Shown here one piece after another: positions 24,265 to 31,092 of a stretch of DNA of 36,048 bases. The notes below the pieces were generated by a model. The model was not told the DNA's origin. It made no database searches and saw nothing but the letters and a program-made list of their open reading frames with translations. Source of the stretch: a virus; the IMG/VR virus record IMGVR_UViG_3300045988_030305, one strand, 5' to 3'. Made by a program: the position numbers and the translations under genes. Position 1 is the stretch's first letter; each line of letters starts with the position of its first letter.

Positions 24265-24527
24265 CTGCGCCTCACTTTCTCACCGCCTGGCATGGTGAAG
24301 TACTGTGCGTCCATCACCGCCGGCGCCGATGCCGGTCTGCCGCGGCGGTGCGCGGCGCGGCTACGCGGGCGCTCGTCCAGCTCCTGTACCTTGGCCGGGT
24401 CTGCCCAGCCCTGTTCCTGTGCAATCTCCTTAATCTCCGCCACCTGCTCGCCGACGATGTCAAGATAGACCGTCACGATTATCATGATGCCCGCCGAGAT
24501 CAGCAGGCATATTGTCCCTGTGCTCAT
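24261..24527 (-). CDS. Small membrane protein (88 aa from the ATG at 24527)
   Basis: TAGGAGGA SD. The N-terminal TM segment is MSTGTICLLISAGIMIIVTVYL. Confidence 0.5.
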   Translation of the reverse strand: MSTGTICLLISAGIMIIVTVYLDIVGEQVAEIKEIAQEQGWADPAKVQELDERPRSRAAHRRGRPASAPAVMDAQYFTMPGGEKVRRR

Positions 24528-24540
24528 TGCTGTTATCCTC

Positions 24541-24780
24541 CTATTGCCATTCCCAATGCGACCATGTTCCGTCCGGGTTCGTGTGGCGGCGAGCATCGTC
24601 GGATAGGTCGTGCTGATATTTTGTATCGCCATATTCCCAAGCCACCAGATACTGACCGCTGTAGCGGTTTACCATCAGGAACGCCTTGTCTCCAAGGTCT
24701 GGAATCGTCTCTCGGAATCTCTCTATCTGCTCTGGTGTTAAGTCGATGTATTCAAACGGGCTGCGCTCATTCTCGCTCAT
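24541..24780 (-). CDS. Hypothetical protein (79 aa from the ATG at 24780)
   Basis: GGAAGGAGGAAGG SD and an ATGA overlap with the upstream stop. Confidence 0.55.
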   Translation of the reverse strand: MSENERSPFEYIDLTPEQIERFRETIPDLGDKAFLMVNRYSGQYLVAWEYGDTKYQHDLSDDARRHTNPDGTWSHWEWQ

Positions 24781-24914
24781 AGTCCTTCCTCCTTCCACGC
24801 GCGTTCACTCGCCGCGTGGCGCTCTTCGATTTCATACGCCGCCTGTCTGAACAGGCAGCCGATAAGGTACGCGACTGCCGCCGTCACGGTCAGCCATGAT
24901 AAAGGGTTATCCAT
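24777..24914 (-). CDS. Small membrane protein (45 aa)
   Basis: GGAAAGGAG SD. The product is MDNPLSWLTVTAAVAYLIGCLF... Confidence 0.4.
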   Translation of the reverse strand: MDNPLSWLTVTAAVAYLIGCLFRQAAYEIEERHAASERAWKEEGL

Positions 24915-25128
24915 CTTCTGTGGCTCCTTTCCTCCCGGCCAACTCCGCCTTGACAGCGGTGCTGATCCTCTGGAAAGCTTCATAGTCGAGCTGGCGAATC
25001 TCGTTCGCAAGCTCGAACATCTCCTCCGTGCGCTTGGTTATGAGGTGTTCGGCTTCCGCCGCGCACTTCTCCAGATCGCGCAGTCCCATCTGTCGGAACT
25101 GTGTCTCTGCAGCTGTAAGCTTGTCCAT
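24907..25128 (-). CDS. Hypothetical helical protein (73 aa)
   Basis: AAGGGGGAG SD. ORF track entry. Confidence 0.55.
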   Translation of the reverse strand: MDKLTAAETQFRQMGLRDLEKCAAEAEHLITKRTEEMFELANEIRQLDYEAFQRISTAVKAELAGRKGATEDG

Positions 25129-25157
25129 TGTTTTCTCCCCCTTGATTTCTGCCGCGT

Positions 25158-25391
25158 TTATGCCGACGGCTTATTCTCCGCAGACCCCCACCAGAACTCT
25201 ATAAAAGGCCGGCGGGGAATCCTGACGGTGCGGTTTGTAACCGAGACGCGATACCCGAGCTTCTCCGGAGCGTCATGTGCCTGCAGCCTGATCGCGTGCG
25301 GGTTGCAGTTGAGCGCCTTCGCGGCCTGCTCCGGTGTGAGATCGATACAGTCCAGCGATTCAAGCCAATCGCGAGCTTCTGAGGATGTCAT
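25158..25391 (-). CDS. Excisionase-like or HTH_17-type DNA-binding protein (77 aa from the ATG at 25391)
   Basis: LTPEQAAKALNCNPHAIRLQA...RTVRIPRRPFIEFW resembles MerR/Xis-type HTH proteins. ATGA overlap with the upstream stop. Confidence 0.45.
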   Translation of the reverse strand: MTSSEARDWLESLDCIDLTPEQAAKALNCNPHAIRLQAHDAPEKLGYRVSVTNRTVRIPRRPFIEFWWGSAENKPSA

Positions 25392-25807
25392 ACTGCCCCG
25401 CCTCCCGGCATGAATACCGACGGAACGCCGAACGGCTGCACAGCTCCATTCAGCACCCTCAGCATCGCGTAGCACATCTTTAGCTGCTTGTTCAGATCAG
25501 GCACACTCTGCACTTTCTCAAAGTACTGCTTCAATCGTGCGTTTGCGCGCTCCGCATCCGTGGTGTAGAGCATCATTACTCCCTCAAGAAGAATGTCGGG
25601 TGTAGGCATAAACGAATTCAGCATCTCCTTGCAGGAGTCGGCAATGTCTTCGTCAGACTCCGGCACCGGCGGTAAAACGCCGCGGTCGATTGCTCTCTTC
25701 AGCAGCTCATCCGTATACCGCGTTATGAGCTTGCGAAGTTCTTCTCTCTCTGGAATCGGATTCGGGCCCCATCTTAAGGGTGATATTGCCTCTCGCGGTG
25801 TTTCCAT
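25388..25807 (-). CDS. Hypothetical protein (139 aa)
   Basis: TAAGGAGGA SD. ORF track entry. Confidence 0.6.
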   Translation of the reverse strand: METPREAISPLRWGPNPIPEREELRKLITRYTDELLKRAIDRGVLPPVPESDEDIADSCKEMLNSFMPTPDILLEGVMMLYTTDAERANARLKQYFEKVQSVPDLNKQLKMCYAMLRVLNGAVQPFGVPSVFMPGGGAV

Positions 25808-25819
25808 GTTTTTTCCTCC

Positions 25820-25972
25820 TTACTTGTCCTGCGGCGCGGGCTGGGTGGCCTTGAGTGCCGCCGTGGCGTTGACGCCGAGCACGAAGCCCGTGCACATATT
25901 CTGCTTCTCCGGCGGCAGCTGCCTGAGCTGCTCTATCGCCTCTTCAAGTTCTTTCTTCATCTCATCGCTCAT
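25820..25972 (-). CDS. Small hypothetical protein (50 aa)
   Basis: Hand translation gives MSDEMKKELEEAIEQLRQLPPEKQNMCTGFVLGVNATAALKATQPAPQDK, with a GGAGGT SD. Confidence 0.45.
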   Translation of the reverse strand: MSDEMKKELEEAIEQLRQLPPEKQNMCTGFVLGVNATAALKATQPAPQDK

Positions 25973-26001
25973 TGTCGTTTACCTCCTTAATGCAGGTTGA
26001 A

Positions 26002-26346
26002 TTACCACCTGTGAATAATTTGCTGTGCGCTGTTTCTCAGCATATCTATCGTGTTTTGGTTGATCTGCATCTGTGCAGCGTCTATTTGTCTCTGCATTTC
26101 CATCTGAAGATACGCAGAGCTGTTGTAGCCGTTGGCGTTGTAGTCGTATATATTCAGCAAATCCGAGTAGCCGTGCCGGCGCACCGGCGTGTATGACAGT
26201 GATCTCACAGAATATTCCACTTCGCGCAGTGCCTCTCGGACTTCCTCGTGTATGTACGGTGCCGTCTGCCATGTGTATTCCTTGTCCCGCTCCAGCTTCT
26301 GCCGAAGATACGGAGCTAGGTCCTCACTCTCCGGGATGCTGTTCAT
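26002..26346 (-). CDS. Hypothetical protein (114 aa from the ATG at 26346)
   Basis: GGGGAGAA SD before MNSIPESEDLAPYLRQ. Confidence 0.55.
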   Translation of the reverse strand: MNSIPESEDLAPYLRQKLERDKEYTWQTAPYIHEEVREALREVEYSVRSLSYTPVRRHGYSDLLNIYDYNANGYNSSAYLQMEMQRQIDAAQMQINQNTIDMLRNSAQQIIHRW

Positions 26347-26366
26347 CGCTTTTTCTCCCCTTCTGG

Positions 26367-26395
26367 TTGCCCTCGCCTTCGCCGCGTGATATAGT
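26367..26395 (+). promoter_or_regulatory. Plus-strand promoter (TTGCCC-17-TGaTATAGT, extended -10)
   Basis: TTGCCC at 26367-72, TG at 26387-88 and TATAGT at 26390-95. Confidence 0.5.
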
Positions 26396-26417
26396 AGCGG
26401 CGAAAGGAGGTGTTTGT

Positions 26418-26669
26418 ATGTTTGTTTCTGTGCTGTCCGCCAATAATGGCTCATGCCCAGTGTGGCGCGTTCCGGTTTCTGTGCGAGGGTGGTACAGGCT
26501 CGATAATGATGGGCATTACCGTTTCCTACGCGCCGAGTGCCCCATTATCGAAAATTCAAAGCTGCCTCTTCACAAACAAACCGAGAAATATCTGGCAATG
26601 TTCTGTCGGGAGTGGCGTACCTGCCCGCTCTACAAAGGGTTCCAGCCTGAAACCACCGCCGACATGTAG
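26418..26669 (+). CDS. Cys-rich small protein (83 aa) encoded opposite to the surrounding early operon
   Basis: AAAGGAGG lies 7 nt upstream of the ATG. The product is MFVSVLSANNGSCPVWRV...AECPIIENSKLP...CREWRTCPLY. It converges on 26630..27028 with a 40-nt 3' overlap. Confidence 0.6.
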   Translation: MFVSVLSANNGSCPVWRVPVSVRGWYRLDNDGHYRFLRAECPIIENSKLPLHKQTEKYLAMFCREWRTCPLYKGFQPETTADM

Positions 26670-27028
26670 CGGAACAGCTTGTCACACAGTGCGGGGTTCC
26701 GGGTAAGCTCATGCTGTGCCAGCAGCTGGGCAATGTCCTCAATGATTCTTTTCGCTTCTTCTTCGCCGAGCTCGCTCTCGATTTCATCGAGCAGCTTTTC
26801 TTTCATGCACCGTCCCATTTCACTCTTTCTGCTTGACACTCTGGCGCTCTGAGCTTTGAGCACCAGTCGGCTGTATTCGCCACTGCCGACGATATGACGC
26901 CATGCGATGGCTTTAGCAGCAATCTTGTCATTGGCTTCTATCTTCTCGGTCTGGCTCCAACCCCGGAATTGCCCGGTTTCGTCGTCGCGCGCATCGAATG
27001 ATGTGTGCACTGTATAAAGCATTTTCAT
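26630..27028 (-). CDS. Hypothetical early protein (132 aa)
   Basis: ORF track entry, with a GAAAGGAGA SD. Confidence 0.6.
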   Translation of the reverse strand: MKMLYTVHTSFDARDDETGQFRGWSQTEKIEANDKIAAKAIAWRHIVGSGEYSRLVLKAQSARVSSRKSEMGRCMKEKLLDEIESELGEEEAKRIIEDIAQLLAQHELTRNPALCDKLFRYMSAVVSGWNPL

Positions 27029-27058
27029 TTTCCCCGTCTCCTTTCAAGCCGTTCCCGC

Positions 27059-27286
27059 TCAGTTGTAGCGTTCTATGAGCTGCGCCACGACCTTCTTGCT
27101 GATTTCATCCTCGGGGTACACGTCCCAGCCGCGATCATAATTTGCAGTGAAGGTGTCGCCTATTCTGACTGACAGCTTGCTGATCCTGCCGCCGTTCAAT
27201 CCGAAGTTCTCGCTCTTCTCTTCGTAGTGCTTCACCCAGTATTCACACTTGACGCCAGATTCTACGATAGTTCCTTCACACCACAT
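27059..27286 (-). CDS. First gene of the leftward early operon, hypothetical (75 aa)
   Basis: AAAGGAGA SD. The product is MWCEGTIVESGVKCEYWVKHYEEKSENFGLNGGRISKL...NYDRGWD. Confidence 0.6.
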   Translation of the reverse strand: MWCEGTIVESGVKCEYWVKHYEEKSENFGLNGGRISKLSVRIGDTFTANYDRGWDVYPEDEISKKVVAQLIERYN

Positions 27287-27312
27287 TGTTTTTGTCTCCT
27301 TTTCGTGTTCGC

Positions 27313-27331
27313 AGCTAATTCCTCATTAGCT
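27313..27331. promoter_or_regulatory. Palindromic operator candidate AGCTAAT-tcctc-ATTAGCT
   Basis: Perfect 7-bp arms. It sits at the predicted start site of the leftward promoter. Further AGCTA-type half sites are at 27341-47, 27354-59 and 27385-91. Confidence 0.6.
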
Positions 27332-27338
27332 TGGCTAC

Positions 27339-27367
27339 ATATTAGCATCGCTCAGCTACTTTGTCAA
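27339..27367 (-). promoter_or_regulatory. Leftward early (lytic) promoter TTGACA-17-TAATAT
   Basis: Reverse complement of tgtcaa (27362-67) and atatta (27339-44). Confidence 0.65.
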
Positions 27368-27397
27368 GTCTTTTTTATTCGCCAAGCTAATTATTTC

Positions 27398-27426
27398 TTG
27401 ACTTTTTCTAACTGCGCATTTATACT
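27398..27426 (+). promoter_or_regulatory. Rightward repressor promoter TTGACT-17-TATACT
   Basis: TTGACT at 27398-403 and TATACT at 27421-26. Confidence 0.65.
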
Positions 27427-27451
27427 TCATTGTGAAAAGGGGGTGATTCCA

Positions 27452-27865
27452 GTGGACACCATTGCCGAGCGTATATCTTTATGCATTGAGAGTTTAGGCC
27501 TCAAGCGCAATGAATTTGCTAAACGGTTAGACTTATCCAGCCCTTTTGTTTCTGAACTTTGTTCCGGGCGAAAGGTCCCCAGTGATCGCACCATTGCGGC
27601 AATCTGCCGCGAGTTCCGCGTCCGTGAAGAGTGGCTGCGTACCGGCGAGGGCTCAATGTATATGCAGCTCACGCCCGATCAGGAACGCGCCGTGTTTCTG
27701 GCCAGCGTCACGGCCGGTGAGTCAAGCCCAGAAGTCAACGCTTTCATTGACGCGCTGAAGGCCACGCCGAACAACGATCTGAAAACCGTCATCGCTTTCA
27801 TCGGCCGCACCTACGAGGCCTATCAGGAGAACATCAAAAACGACAAAAGCCCCGACGCGGATTAA
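27452..27865 (+). CDS. cI-like XRE-family repressor without a peptidase S24 domain (137 aa from the GTG at 27452)
   Basis: AAAGGGGGTGA SD. The HTH is LKRNEFAKRLDLSSPFVSELCSGRKVPSDRTIAAICREF. It is divergent from the early operon. Confidence 0.75.
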   Translation: MDTIAERISLCIESLGLKRNEFAKRLDLSSPFVSELCSGRKVPSDRTIAAICREFRVREEWLRTGEGSMYMQLTPDQERAVFLASVTAGESSPEVNAFIDALKATPNNDLKTVIAFIGRTYEAYQENIKNDKSPDAD

Positions 27866-27890
27866 ACCGCATCGGGGCTTTCGCCTTATC

Positions 27891-27998
27891 TCACATGTAC
27901 AGAACCAGGTAATACAGGTTCTGTAATTTTTTTATGTCCAGCATTCGCAGCAGCCGGACGATTTTCTCTATCTCCCGCTCTTTGTCAGTCTCGTTCAA
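27891..27998 (-). CDS. Possible small ORF (35 aa, TTG start) convergent with the repressor
   Basis: GGAGAGGGG lies 6 nt upstream of the TTG. The product is (M)NETDKEREIEKIVRLLRMLDIKKLQNLYYLVLYM. Its 3' half overlaps the terminator hairpin. Confidence 0.3.
   Translation of the reverse strand: MNETDKEREIEKIVRLLRMLDIKKLQNLYYLVLYM
27898..27933 (+). terminator. Rho-independent terminator after the repressor gene
   Basis: TACAGAACC-(10 nt)-GGTTCTGTA followed by A and then T7. A second hairpin at 27848-27879 overlaps the repressor stop. Confidence 0.8.
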
Positions 27999-28081
27999 GT
28001 CGTTCCCCTCTCCTTTTTATGTCAAAATTCTTAAATATGACGAAAAATGATATAAAGTGCAATATAGGCACGATAATGCAC

Positions 28082-28111
28082 TTGACTTTTGGGTGCTGTA
28101 TGTGTTAATAT
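28082..28111 (+). promoter_or_regulatory. Promoter for the lipoprotein gene (TTGACT-18-TAATAT)
   Basis: TTGACT at 28082-87 and TAATAT at 28106-11, within a very AT-rich spacer. Confidence 0.55.
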
Positions 28112-28155
28112 TTTATTAACATTTCCCCGTTCATTTTTATTTTGGAGGTATTTCT

Positions 28156-28773
28156 ATGTATTGCAACTTTGTAAAGAAAATGGTCGCTTTATTGTTATCT
28201 TTGGTTATGGGGTTTTTATTGTGCGGCTGCTCTTCCGACGCTATGAAAGCTTACGAAGCCGCAGTCGCAGCACTGCCTAATGAAATTAGCTATGACGACT
28301 GGGATGCAATTGAATGTGCATTAGATGCATACGTCGAATTGTCCGATCGCGAAAAGTCTAAAGTTGATCGTGCCGCCGTTGATTCTGCTAAAGAGAAGTT
28401 CTGTGCGCTGCCGATAGTTTCGGACTGCGCCTATCTGAAATCTAAAGTCGCCAATCCGGATTCTATGAAAATTTTTGGTGACGTTACGCAGTATACAATT
28501 CACAAAAAAGATGGTACTATTTTGTTTTTTACCTGTGTTCACTTCGATAGTCTAAACGCAAACGCCGTCTACTCTGGTGAGACACGAGCCGAGATAGGAA
28601 GTGATACCGCTGGCAATCGCGGTATGGCTATTCAGGGTTCGAAAAGTTTTACAGGTCTTGAGGACATATCGAAAAACACTACCGTCGAGCAGCTCGCCGA
28701 CTTAGGTGTTGATGTTTTCACTATCTCTGGTCAGACTGTAGCCTCTGCGCTCGGCTGCGAATACGTCAGCTGA
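28156..28773 (+). CDS. Prophage lipoprotein (205 aa), candidate superinfection-exclusion or lysogenic-conversion moron
   Basis: GGAGG SD. A signal peptide with lipobox is present (MVALLLSLVMGFLLCGCSS). G+C is clearly lower than in the rest of the genome. Confidence 0.75.
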   Translation: MYCNFVKKMVALLLSLVMGFLLCGCSSDAMKAYEAAVAALPNEISYDDWDAIECALDAYVELSDREKSKVDRAAVDSAKEKFCALPIVSDCAYLKSKVANPDSMKIFGDVTQYTIHKKDGTILFFTCVHFDSLNANAVYSGETRAEIGSDTAGNRGMAIQGSKSFTGLEDISKNTTVEQLADLGVDVFTISGQTVASALGCEYVS

Positions 28774-28785
28774 TAGTTTTAAGGT

Positions 28786-28816
28786 GTCCCGCCCCTGCTG
28801 CAATCAGAGGCGGGAC
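28786..28816 (+). terminator. Hairpin after the lipoprotein gene (weak T-tract)
   Basis: GTCCCGCC-(15 nt)-GGCGGGAC followed by TTGTAAC. Confidence 0.4.
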
Positions 28817-28982
28817 TTGTAACAGATATTCCCTTGTAAACCGACTATCTGCTACGGTTACAGGGTAGCAGGTAATTTCCATAATGTCCAGCGCCGAATC
28901 GGGAAATCGCTTTCCCATGCAGCAAATACCATAGTTTGTGTATTTTCTTTTTCGGTAAATTATTTTTCGGAGGCGTTCATTT

Positions 28983-29555
28983 GTGTCCGCTATTCAAGAA
29001 CTGGAATCGTATATCAAGGAGTACCCATATAAAATCAAAGCCGCCCGCGTCGCCAAGGGGCTGACGCAAAAGGAACTTGCTGAAAAGGCCGGCGTCCCGC
29101 TCTCGTTCATTACGAAGTTGAATGTCAACAATCAGGACGCGCTATTAAACTTCGCGGCGGCCTGCCGCGTGCTGGGTATATCAATGGATGAACTGTTTGG
29201 CATTAAAGGCTCCACCGATGTCGCGGAGCTGACGGAGCAGATCCATGAGCTTGAACTCGAAAATGTCCAGCAGGCCGGTGACGTTCGCCGCCTGACGGAG
29301 GTAAACGTTGAGAAGGACAAACGGCTCTATTCGCACCGGCCGATGCTATATGCGCTTATCGCCATGTGCGTGATTCAGGCGATGGCGCTGATCGGCTACA
29401 TGATATTCGACGCATCGGTCACGACCGCCGGTCTGTTTAAGAGTGCCAGAACGAGCACTTTTGCAATCTTGCTTATAATCGTCGTCCTGCTCTCGCTGGT
29501 TGTCATTTCCCTCGCCGTGAAGAGTGATCTCAGCTGGAATCGTAAGGAAAAATAA
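28983..29555 (+). CDS. Membrane-anchored XRE-family HTH protein (190 aa; HTH, coiled coil and two TM helices)
   Basis: GTG start after GGAGG. The HTH is LTQKELAEKAGVPLSFITKLN. TM segments are PMLYALIAMCVIQAMALIGYMIF and FAILLIIVVLLSLVVISLAV. Confidence 0.7.
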   Translation: MSAIQELESYIKEYPYKIKAARVAKGLTQKELAEKAGVPLSFITKLNVNNQDALLNFAAACRVLGISMDELFGIKGSTDVAELTEQIHELELENVQQAGDVRRLTEVNVEKDKRLYSHRPMLYALIAMCVIQAMALIGYMIFDASVTTAGLFKSARTSTFAILLIIVVLLSLVVISLAVKSDLSWNRKEK

Positions 29556-29603
29556 AAACAGCCCCCAGTCTCCCGACCGGGGGCATAGTTATAGGGTGAT
29601 GCT

Positions 29604-30719
29604 ATGAAATGCCGGAAATGTAAAAAGGAGATTCCTGACATCAGCGCGTACTGCCTATATTGCGGTGCAAAGCAGGAGATCGCTCAAACGCGCAGAGGGC
29701 GCGGCAACGGCCAAGGGACGGCATATAAACGCGGGCGCACGTGGACGGCCATGTGGACGTGTGAGACGTTCGTGGACGCCTCCGGGAATCTGCACCAGCG
29801 GCGCAGCACAAAAGGCGGCTTCCCGTCCAAGACAGCGGCGCTGGCCTTTGCCGCGAATCCGGTCGAGGTTCAGGCAAAAGATGCTTACCGCCCCACGCTC
29901 AACGACTATTACAAGGGGTGGTCTACCAGCGCCTATAACGCACTGTCGAAGTCAAAGCAGTGTGCGTATGATATCGCGTGGAAACGCATGGAGGCGCTGA
30001 AGAATGTCCCCATGCTCGATTTGACAATCAACAATCTGCAAAGCTGCGTCGATTCTCAAGTCGAAACGTTTTACCCTGCGCGGGATATGAAAACGCTTTT
30101 CTCGCAGCTGTATAAACGTGCCGTCGCTGAGGGGCAGGCGCGGACGAATCTCGCTGAGTTTATCGAGCTTCCGCCGCTGGAGGAGACCGAACAGAAGCCA
30201 TTCTCGGAAGATGAGATAAAAGCCCTGTGGAAAGCTTACGACGGCGGTGACAAATTTATTGCTTTCCCGCTCCTGATGATTTATAGCGGCATGATGCCTG
30301 GAGAGCTGCTGCGCTGCACCTCCGACATGATCCACACCGATACGCACGAGATTATCGGCTGCGGTCTGAAAACCAAAAAGCGAAAAGAAACGCCGCTGAT
30401 TTATCCTGACTGGCTCGGCCCGCTCGTGCTGGATATTCTCTCCAACGTTAAAAGCCAAAAAGGCTATATCGTCGGCATGAACGCGGATAATTTCTATACC
30501 GAGTATCACGCCGCACTCGCTCGGGCAAAGGTGCGTGACCTGCCGCCTTATTCATGCCGGCATACCACGGCAACAGCGCTCGCTCTGGCCAAGACTGCGC
30601 CGAGTTTGATTCAGGAGATCATGCGTCACACGAAGTTCTCCACGACGCAGCGGTATATCCATCCCGACATGCAGAGTGCCCACAACGCTATCAACGTCCT
30701 CGACAAAGGCGCTGAGTGA
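29604..30719 (+). CDS. int: Tyrosine integrase with an N-terminal zinc ribbon (371 aa)
   Basis: The N-terminus is MKCRKCKKEIPDISAYCLYCG. The C-terminal catalytic region contains CRHTTAT and IMRHTKFSTTQRYIH. Confidence 0.9.
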   Translation: MKCRKCKKEIPDISAYCLYCGAKQEIAQTRRGRGNGQGTAYKRGRTWTAMWTCETFVDASGNLHQRRSTKGGFPSKTAALAFAANPVEVQAKDAYRPTLNDYYKGWSTSAYNALSKSKQCAYDIAWKRMEALKNVPMLDLTINNLQSCVDSQVETFYPARDMKTLFSQLYKRAVAEGQARTNLAEFIELPPLEETEQKPFSEDEIKALWKAYDGGDKFIAFPLLMIYSGMMPGELLRCTSDMIHTDTHEIIGCGLKTKKRKETPLIYPDWLGPLVLDILSNVKSQKGYIVGMNADNFYTEYHAALARAKVRDLPPYSCRHTTATALALAKTAPSLIQEIMRHTKFSTTQRYIHPDMQSAHNAINVLDKGAE

Positions 30720-30746
30720 CGCCGAGATCGCCCGTCAAAATTCCCC

Positions 30747-30840
30747 GCGTAGCTAACAAATTCAGGGGAATTTCGGTTTCAATATGGCCTGTAAAGTGTC
30801 GAAAAACGTATTCGCGTAGCTTACAAAATAGCCTACAAAA
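30747..30840 (+). repeat. attP P-arm: three direct arm-type repeats (consensus GTAGCYTACAAA)
   Basis: GCGTAGCTAACAAA at 30747-60, GCGTAGCTTACAAA at 30814-27 and TAGCCTACAAAA at 30829-40. Confidence 0.7.
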
Positions 30841-30910
30841 TCCCGCAAACGCCTGAAAAATCAAGGGGTTTCTCGCCCCTGCTAAGGGAGTAGGTGTCTA
30901 AAAAGCACGC

Positions 30911-30938
30911 GAGGGTTCAAATCCCTCCTTCTGCGCCA
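30911..30938 (+). other. tRNA 3' fragment (T-arm, acceptor 3' strand and CCA): attP core
   Basis: GAGGG-TTCAAAT-CCCTC CTTCTGC G CCA. No matching 5' acceptor strand (GCAGAAG or GCGGAAG) lies upstream, so this is not a complete tRNA. Confidence 0.75.
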
Positions 30939-30985
30939 AAGATACCGAAAATCGTTAAAAATGGCGATTTTCGGTATCTTTTTTG
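30939..30985 (+). terminator. Rho-independent terminator immediately after the tRNA fragment
   Basis: Perfect 16-bp stem AAGATACCGAAAATCG-(10 nt)-CGATTTTCGGTATCTT followed by TTTT. Confidence 0.85.
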
Positions 30986-31064
30986 TTGTTTTCATTTTGT
31001 TTTTGGGCTTCCAGTTTCCTGCGAAAGTGCTAAAAAATTACAACGCGGCTCGGCACGTTTCAAT

Positions 31065-31090
31065 GCGTAGCCTACATCGTAGCCTACAAA
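31065..31090 (+). repeat. attP P'-arm: two direct arm-type repeats
   Basis: GCGTAGCCTACA at 31065-76 and CGTAGCCTACAAA at 31078-90, in the same orientation as the P-arm copies. Confidence 0.7.
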
Positions 31091-31092
31091 TT

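Noticed and set aside
25593-26000. 135-aa plus-strand ORF in the early region
   Set aside because: It is antisense to 25388..25807 and to the SD-preceded 50-aa minus ORF at 25820..25972. It has no SD, and the product is Ser-rich and low-complexity.
27891-27998. Arbitrium-like (AimP) signalling peptide gene next to the repressor
   Set aside because: The 35-aa product has no signal peptide, and there is no AimR-like TPR receptor gene. It is kept only as a low-confidence small ORF.
30841-30938. A complete tRNA gene at attP
   Set aside because: Only the T-arm, acceptor 3' strand and CCA are present. No complementary 5' acceptor strand lies within about 90 nt upstream. The AGGGG-n7-CCCCT hairpin at 30864-30880 is 30 nt from the T-stem, which is too far for an anticodon arm.
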